From: Candidatus Multivoradales bacterium
GTDB lineage: Bacteria; Acidobacteriota; Thermoanaerobaculia; Multivoradales; JAHEKO01
Assembly (NCBI GenBank): GCA_965223855.1
Contig: CBDCXM010000009.1
Location: forward strand, 3,136,001 to 3,200,000
Direction: 5' to 3'
DNA: 64,000 nucleotides
Each line of letters starts with the position of its first letter. Within the stretch, counting starts at the first letter, position 1. The notes beneath the pieces are model-generated. The model was not told the origin of the DNA. It did no database searches and saw nothing but the letters and a program-made list of their open reading frames with translations. Below, one piece after another: positions 56,055 to 64,000 of the stretch. The translations under genes and the position numbers were made by a program.

Positions 56055-58333
56055 TCAGCGGCGGCGTCTTCCGCGTCCCCGGCCCGGCTTGGCGACCGGA
56101 CTGGCGCCCCGATTGGCGCCCCGGCTGGCGACGCTCCCGGCCTCGCCGATCGCCGCTGCCGGAGCGGCCGTCGTCGTCGCCGGGCAGACCGAGATCGATC
56201 CGCCGGCGCAGGGTATCGACGGCGACGATCCGCACCTGTACCCGGTCGCCGAGGCGATAGCTCTGGCCGCTGCGGCGGCCCACCAGTCGATGCTCGGCCG
56301 GCTCGTACTCGAAGAAGTCGCTCTCCATGTCTCGCACCGCCATCAGCCCGTCGACGAACGACTCTTCGAGCTCGACGAAGAGGCCGAACGGCTCGACCCC
56401 CGTGATCCGCCCCCAGGCGAGTTCGCCGACCTGCTCCGCCACCAGGCGCACCAGCCGCCACCTTCGCAGCTCGCGCTCCGCCCGCTCGGCGCGACGTTCC
56501 ATCTCGGAGCAGTGGCCGGCGATCGCCTCGAGGCGCGCCGTCTCTTCCCTGTCGTCGGCGCCGGAGGCGCCGTGGCGCAGCTTGCGGTGGACGACGAGGT
56601 CCGGGTAGCGGCGAATCGGCGACGTGAAGTGGGTGTAGTGGCGCTCGGCCAGCGCGTAGTGCCCGAGGTTCTCCTCGCTGTAGCGGGCGCGCTGCATCGA
56701 GCGCAGGACGAGCGCGGAGACGAACGGCTCTTCCGGCTTCCCCGCGAAGGCGGCCAGCGCCTCCTGAAGTGCCGACGGATGGAGCCCTTCGAGGCGCGCC
56801 GGCAGCTCGTGGCCGAGGGTCTGGAGGATCTCGCGCAGCTCTACCAGCCGCTCGAGGCTCGGAGCGTCGTGTACCCGGTAGAGCGCTCCCTCTCCTCTGC
56901 CGGCGAGTTCGCGCGCCACCGCCTCGTTGGCCGCCAGCATGAACTCCTCGATCAGCCGGTGGGCGAAGGTCCGCTCGGTCGCGGCAACCGCCACCGGCGC
57001 CCCCTCGTCGTCGAGCTCGATACTGCCGGCGGGAAGGTCGAAGTCGATCGAGCCCCGCTCGGCGCGGGCGCGCATCAACCGTTCGGCGAGTTCGGAGGCG
57101 ACCTCGAGCATCGGCCACACCTCGCCGTACTCCGACCGCCGCTCACGGTAGGCGTCGTCGAGGAGCGCCGCCACCTCGAGGTAGGTCAGCCTGCGACGGC
57201 TCTCGATCACCGCGTCGAAGAACTCGCTGCGAACCACCTTGGCGTCGCCGATCGAAGGTCAGCGTCGTCGCCTGGACGAGCCGCGGAACGTCGGGGCGCA
57301 GCGAACACAGCCCGTTCGACAGCGCCTCCGGCAACATCGGCAGCACCTTGTCGGCGAAGTAGACGCTGGTGCCGCGCCGGTAGGCCTCGAGGTCGAGCGC
57401 CGAACCGGGCGTGACGTAGTGCGAGACGTCGGCGATGTAGACCGTCAGCGCGTAGCCGCGGTCGGTCTTCTCGACGTGGATCGCGTCGTCGAAGTCGCGC
57501 GCGGTCGCGCCGTCGATCGTCACCACGACCCGGTCGCGATGGTCGCGGCGCCCCTTCCAGTCGGCGGGGTCGGGATCTTCGGGCAGTGAGCCGGCGGATT
57601 GCTCGACTTCAGGGGGAAACGCGGCGGTCAGACCGAAGTGCCGCTCGACCACCTCGGTATCGACTCCGGCGGTGTCGAGGGTGCCGAGGACGCGCGACAC
57701 CTTGCTGCGCAACGGTCCATGGTGGGGGGAGCCGTCGTGGTCGATCTCGACCTCCACGTAGTGGTCGGGCCCGGGGACGTCGCCGACCACCTCGACCTCG
57801 GCTCGCAGCCGGGGATCGAACGGCTGCAGGAAGGCGCGGCCGTCGCGCCTCTCGATCGTCCCGACGAGACTGTCGAACGCCCGCCGCAGCACCCGCACGA
57901 CGCTCGCCTCCGGCAGACGGCCGCGAGACGACGGGGCGCCGGAGCGGCGACGACCGCGACGCTGCGGCCCACCGAGCGGCTTCGTGACGACGCGATCGCC
58001 GTCGCGAGCGCCGTTGCGGTAGCGGCGGGGGACGAAGTAGCCCGCCTCACCGCCGGCGCCGGAACGCAGCAAGGCGTCGCCGCCGTCGAGCGCCTGGAGA
58101 CGGCCGACCACCCAGTCGGTGGAGGCGAGGGCGTACCAGCGGCGGTTCCACTCGACGATCGTGCCGTCGGCCGCCAGTCGCCGCAGCAGCGGCTGGTAGG
58201 CCCCTTCGAAACCGGCTTCGGTCGCCAGATCGGCGATCTGCGCGACGGACAGCCCGCGCCGCCCCGCCTGCTCGACCTTGCGCTCGATCGCCGCCTCCAG
58301 GGCGCCGAGTTCGCCCGCCTTCTCGATTGACAC
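56055..58333 (-). CDS. rnr: Ribonuclease R (RNB plus S1), apparent frameshifts near 57250 and 56091
   Basis: TIDGATARDFDDA, IADVSHYV, LSNGLCSL, IEEFMLAAN, HFTSPIRRYPDL and an S1 domain. A basic tail KPGRGRGRRRR-stop lies in a shifted frame. Confidence 0.9.
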
Positions 58334-58355
58334 CCTTCCGGCCTCTACCTACAAT
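58327..58355 (+). promoter_or_regulatory. Near-consensus sigma70 promoter of tRNA-Leu
   Basis: TTGACA-N17-TACAAT ending 9 nt before the tRNA. Confidence 0.85.
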
Positions 58356-58364
58356 GCCGTCCGC

Positions 58365-58452
58365 GCGAAAGTGGCGGAATTGGTAGACGCGCAAGATTCA
58401 GGATCTTGTGACCGATAAGGTCGTGGGGGTTCGAGTCCCCCCTTTCGCACCA
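58365..58452 (+). tRNA. tRNA-Leu(CAG)
   Basis: GCGAAAG acceptor stem, anticodon arm CAAGA-TTCAGGA-TCTTG, long variable arm, GTTCGAGT T-loop, CCA. Confidence 0.97.
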
Positions 58453-58518
58453 GTTATCCCAGGCTGATTCAGGCCGCTCCCCCTCTCCGACCGGCTCCAC
58501 CTGCAACCCAGAGGTCCG

Positions 58519-59148
58519 ATGGACGTCTCGCCGCTGACACTCAACCGGCTGTCGGTCTACCTGCGGTGCCTCAAGAGGGTCGCCGACGACGGCGTGGAGC
58601 GCATCTCGTCGAAGCAGATGGCGAAGAGCTTCCACCTCTCCGCCTCGCAGATCCGCAAGGACCTCGCCCACTTCGGAGAGTTCGGGATCCGCGGTGTCGG
58701 CTACGAGGTGCAGCCGCTGATCGATCGTCTGACGGACGTGCTCGGTCTCGATCGCGTTCATGGGCTCGGGGTGGTCGGCATGGGGAATCTCGGCAGTGCG
58801 ATCGCCCGGCATCTCGGCTTCAACCAGGGGCCGTTCCGGGTGGTCGCGGGCTTCGACAACGACCCGGCCAAGATCGGCTGCGAGATCGGCGGGCTCGTCG
58901 TCGAGCCGACCGAGGCGATCGCCGAGGTCGTCGCCGAGCGTAGCATCGAGATCGGCATCCTGGCGGTGCCTGCTCCGGCCGCGCAGGAGCTGTTCGAGGC
59001 GCTCGCCGACGCCGGCGTGCGCTCGGTGCTGAACTTCGCACCGACCCGCCTCCAGAAGCGCGCGGGGGTGAAGAACCGCAACGTCGATCTGGGGATCTAC
59101 CTCGAGGAGCTGGTCTTCTACCTCGCCGGCTCCGAAGCGACGCCGTAG
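58519..59148 (+). CDS. rex: Redox-sensing transcriptional repressor Rex
   Basis: RLSVYLRCL, QIRKDLAHFGEFGIRGVGY, VGMGNLG, LNFAP. Confidence 0.95.
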   Translation: MDVSPLTLNRLSVYLRCLKRVADDGVERISSKQMAKSFHLSASQIRKDLAHFGEFGIRGVGYEVQPLIDRLTDVLGLDRVHGLGVVGMGNLGSAIARHLGFNQGPFRVVAGFDNDPAKIGCEIGGLVVEPTEAIAEVVAERSIEIGILAVPAPAAQELFEALADAGVRSVLNFAPTRLQKRAGVKNRNVDLGIYLEELVFYLAGSEATP

Positions 59149-59693
59149 AAACCGAGCTCGGTCTCGCCGTAGGACCGCAGGCGATCGAGTCGCAGGTCGC
59201 CGGCCGCTTCCGGCAGGTCGCCGCGACGGTCGTGTTCGGCAACCAGGGCGCCGCCGGGCGCCAGAAGAGGCGCCGCCAGCGTGAGCAGACGACTCCAGCC
59301 GTCGAAGGCGTAAGGGGGATCGGCGAAGACGAGGTCGAATGCGGAGTCTTGCAGGCGCTCGAGCGCGGCCGGGAGGCGCGCCTCGCGGACCGTCACCTCG
59401 CTGAGCCCCCACTCGCGGACCTGGCGGCGCAGTCCGCGCGCGATCGAGCGTTCGGACTCCACCAGCACCACCGCCGCCGCCCCGCGACTCACCGCTTCGA
59501 TGCCGACCGCTCCCGAGCCTGCATAGAGGTCGAGCAGCCGCATCCCCCGGACCGACGGCCCGAGGATGTCGAACAGCGCCTCGCGCACCCGGCTGCCCGT
59601 CGGTCGCACCCCTTTCGGCACCGGCAACGAGCGGCCGCGAAGGGTGCCGGCGCCGATCCGCACCGAGCCGCGCCTGCCGGTGACCGGGCTCAC
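59118..59693 (-). CDS. rsmD: 16S rRNA m2G966 methyltransferase
   Basis: RPTGSRVREALF, DLYAGSGAVGIEA, DPPY. Confidence 0.92.
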   Translation of the reverse strand: MSPVTGRRGSVRIGAGTLRGRSLPVPKGVRPTGSRVREALFDILGPSVRGMRLLDLYAGSGAVGIEAVSRGAAAVVLVESERSIARGLRRQVREWGLSEVTVREARLPAALERLQDSAFDLVFADPPYAFDGWSRLLTLAAPLLAPGGALVAEHDRRGDLPEAAGDLRLDRLRSYGETELGFYGVASEPAR

Positions 59694-60370
59694 TCGCCTC
59701 CCTCCCCCTCGACTTCGAGGAACTCCTCGTGCAGAACCTCGAGGGCGAAGTAGATCGTCACAGGCTGATCGATCCCTTCGAGCTCGATGCCGAGGCCGTC
59801 GCTCGTCAGGCCGCGCACCCGGTAGCGGGTGCCGTCGCGGCGCACCAGCACCTGGTCGCGTTGCGGCACGAAGCCGGGCCGCAGGCCCGAAACCCGTGCA
59901 GCCGTGCGCACCACCAGCAGGATCTCCTCGGCGATCGTCACGACTCGCGAAAGGGCGAGGCTTTTCGGAGCGAGATTGCCGTAGCGGACCTCGCCCTGCG
60001 GGCCGTCAGGAATGTCGACGGCGAGGCGGCACGACTCGGTCCATTCTCCGCCGAGCGAGCCGAGCGGCGAAACGCTCTCGCCGAGCGACTCCGCCTGGAG
60101 CCGCCGCACGTAGGCGTCTTTCGCGTCCGGGTCGAGCTCGGAAAGGTGCATCCGCTCGCTTCCGACCTCCCCTTCGCGCAGCCGGCAGGTGCCGTTGGAG
60201 AACAGGGTGAGGTCGGTGCGCAGGTTGCCGGTGACGCAGTCGAGGCGCAGCAGCTCGTGAGAGCGGGGGTCATGGATCGGTTCGGCAGCGAAGGCAGGCG
60301 CTGATGCCAGACCTGCAGCCAGGACGGTTGCCAGACCGGCCCCGAGAATCCGGACGACCGAGACCCTCAA
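59690..60370 (-). CDS. Hypothetical secreted protein
   Basis: Signal-like N-terminus ending AFA; overlaps both neighbours by 4 nt, as in an operon. Confidence 0.6.
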   Translation of the reverse strand: MRVSVVRILGAGLATVLAAGLASAPAFAAEPIHDPRSHELLRLDCVTGNLRTDLTLFSNGTCRLREGEVGSERMHLSELDPDAKDAYVRRLQAESLGESVSPLGSLGGEWTESCRLAVDIPDGPQGEVRYGNLAPKSLALSRVVTIAEEILLVVRTAARVSGLRPGFVPQRDQVLVRRDGTRYRVRGLTSDGLGIELEGIDQPVTIYFALEVLHEEFLEVEGEGGE

Positions 60371-61581
60371 GAGCGCTCCTCCAGCAGGGAGAGGGCATGT
60401 TCGAGCTCCTGCTCGGCCGAAATGGCGCCGTCGATCCGGGCGCGCAGGGTATCCGCCAGCACCCGGCCGAGCGCCTCTCCCTCGTCGGCGCCCGCCGCCC
60501 GCAGATGGCGACCTGAGATCGACAGCCTGACCGGCGCGACCTCGCGCCGCCAGGTCTGCACCAGCTCTCGTGACGGCGCCGAGCCGAGCGCCTCGATCAG
60601 CAGCAGCTCCTCCTCGTCGAAGGGGGCGAGCGCAGCGTCGAGCGCGCTCCGGGGTCCGGCGAGCCGGGCGGGAGCGTCCTCCTCGAGCGCGGCCAGTCGC
60701 GCCGGGAAGGTCGCCCACCGCTCGACGATCGGCGGTGCGAGATCGAGCCGCCTCGCCAGCGCCCGCGCCTCGTCTCCCGACCGGCAGCGGGCCCGCAGGT
60801 GGGTGAGGGGCTCCTCGAACGGTCGGGAAACGGCGCCGGGTTCGGCACCCTCCTCAGGAGACGCCTCGGTCAGACCGAGCGACCTAGCCGTCTCGAGCTT
60901 CGCCTCCGGCTGCTCGGCGAGTGCCCGCCGCCAGGCGGCCCGCAGCCGGGTGCCGCTCAGGGTGTCGAGCGCCCCCTCGCGGCCGGCCTCGAGCGCGAGC
61001 TCTCGCGTCTCCGGCTCGAGCTCGAATCCGAGACGCACGGCGAGATCGATCACCCGCAACAGGCGGGTCGGGTCGTCGAGGAACGAGTCGCCGTGGAGCA
61101 CGCGCAGGCGGCGCGCGGCAAGGTCCCCCTGCCCGCCGGTCGGGTCGATCACGTCACCCGCCGACGGCGCGATCGGTGCCGCCATGGCGTTGATCGTCAC
61201 GTCGCGGCGCCGAAGATCCTCGTCGAGCGTCCCGGGCTCCACCCGGGGCAGCTCGCCCGGCCGCTCGTAGCGCTCGCGTCGCGCGGTGGCGAGGTCGATC
61301 GCCACGCCACCGGGGCCTTCGAGCTTGAAGGTGCCGAAGGGAGTCGATTCGAGCTGCGAGCCGAACTCCTCCGCCATGCGCGTCGCCAGCAGCTCGACCT
61401 CCCCCCGGGCCACGAGATCGAGGTCGCGAGTCGGCCGTCCGAGCAGGACGTCGCGGACGACGCCGCCGACGACCCACACCGCCGTTTCCTCCTCGCCGGC
61501 GAGGCGGCATGTAACGTCGATCACCCTCCGGACCTCGGCGGGCAGCACCCGCTCGGCACGCTCCTCGAACGATTCGCTCAC
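60367..61581 (-). CDS. cca: CCA-adding / A-adding tRNA nucleotidyltransferase
   Basis: VGGVVRD, DLDL, DLRRRDVTINAMA, DDPTRLLR. Confidence 0.9.
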   Translation of the reverse strand: MSESFEERAERVLPAEVRRVIDVTCRLAGEEETAVWVVGGVVRDVLLGRPTRDLDLVARGEVELLATRMAEEFGSQLESTPFGTFKLEGPGGVAIDLATARRERYERPGELPRVEPGTLDEDLRRRDVTINAMAAPIAPSAGDVIDPTGGQGDLAARRLRVLHGDSFLDDPTRLLRVIDLAVRLGFELEPETRELALEAGREGALDTLSGTRLRAAWRRALAEQPEAKLETARSLGLTEASPEEGAEPGAVSRPFEEPLTHLRARCRSGDEARALARRLDLAPPIVERWATFPARLAALEEDAPARLAGPRSALDAALAPFDEEELLLIEALGSAPSRELVQTWRREVAPVRLSISGRHLRAAGADEGEALGRVLADTLRARIDGAISAEQELEHALSLLEERS

Positions 61582-61637
61582 GGGGTCCGACCGCCTACCT
61601 TCATGGGCTCGCCGTCCGCCGGTCGAGTCGGGGCCCG

Positions 61638-64000
<2,363 letters not shown>

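Noticed and set aside
56092-56130. 12-bp tandem repeat at the rnr 3' end
   Set aside because: It encodes a low-complexity RQ(S/P)G tail, which is ordinary for RNase R C-termini.

Overview
High-GC (about 70% by eye) bacterial chromosome segment. Gene content (Oar-type TonB-dependent receptor, M14 peptidase, secreted proteins ending in IFxDGFESGDxSAWS) suggests Acidobacteriota, possibly Thermoanaerobaculia; this is inference. Core blocks are 1-17 kb (lptF/G, ndh, metK, etfAB, tol-pal-cpoB, rpsT, lptE, nusB) and 53-64 kb (MerR, IHF/HU, der, rnr, tRNA-Leu, rex, rsmD, cca, dnaE). Between them lies an accessory region of small secreted and metabolic genes. The most unusual part is 43.1-51.4 kb, ending at tRNA-Pro(GGG). 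It holds two intact but diverged (about 88% aa identity by manual count) RAYT-like HUH/Y1 tyrosine transposase genes and a 3'-only third copy. The full copies start with GAAGTGCCA and all three end with TGGCACCTC. These ends are flanked by short GGCAC/GTGCC arrays of 13-16 bp period, and each copy carries a conserved 220-230 nt non-coding tail. The copies bracket a WD40 gene and abut a low-GC SIR2-like gene with a HicB-like ORF upstream. Other notable items are a SatD (cyclase-like plus HTH) and membrane protein pair with a tandem palindromic operator, a C-terminal tag shared by four unrelated secreted proteins, a degenerate dispersed intergenic repeat with an ACCTGGA-loop hairpin, and four apparent +1 frameshifts at 55.2-57.3 kb that are probably sequencing errors. 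All calls come from reading motifs by eye; no searches were run.
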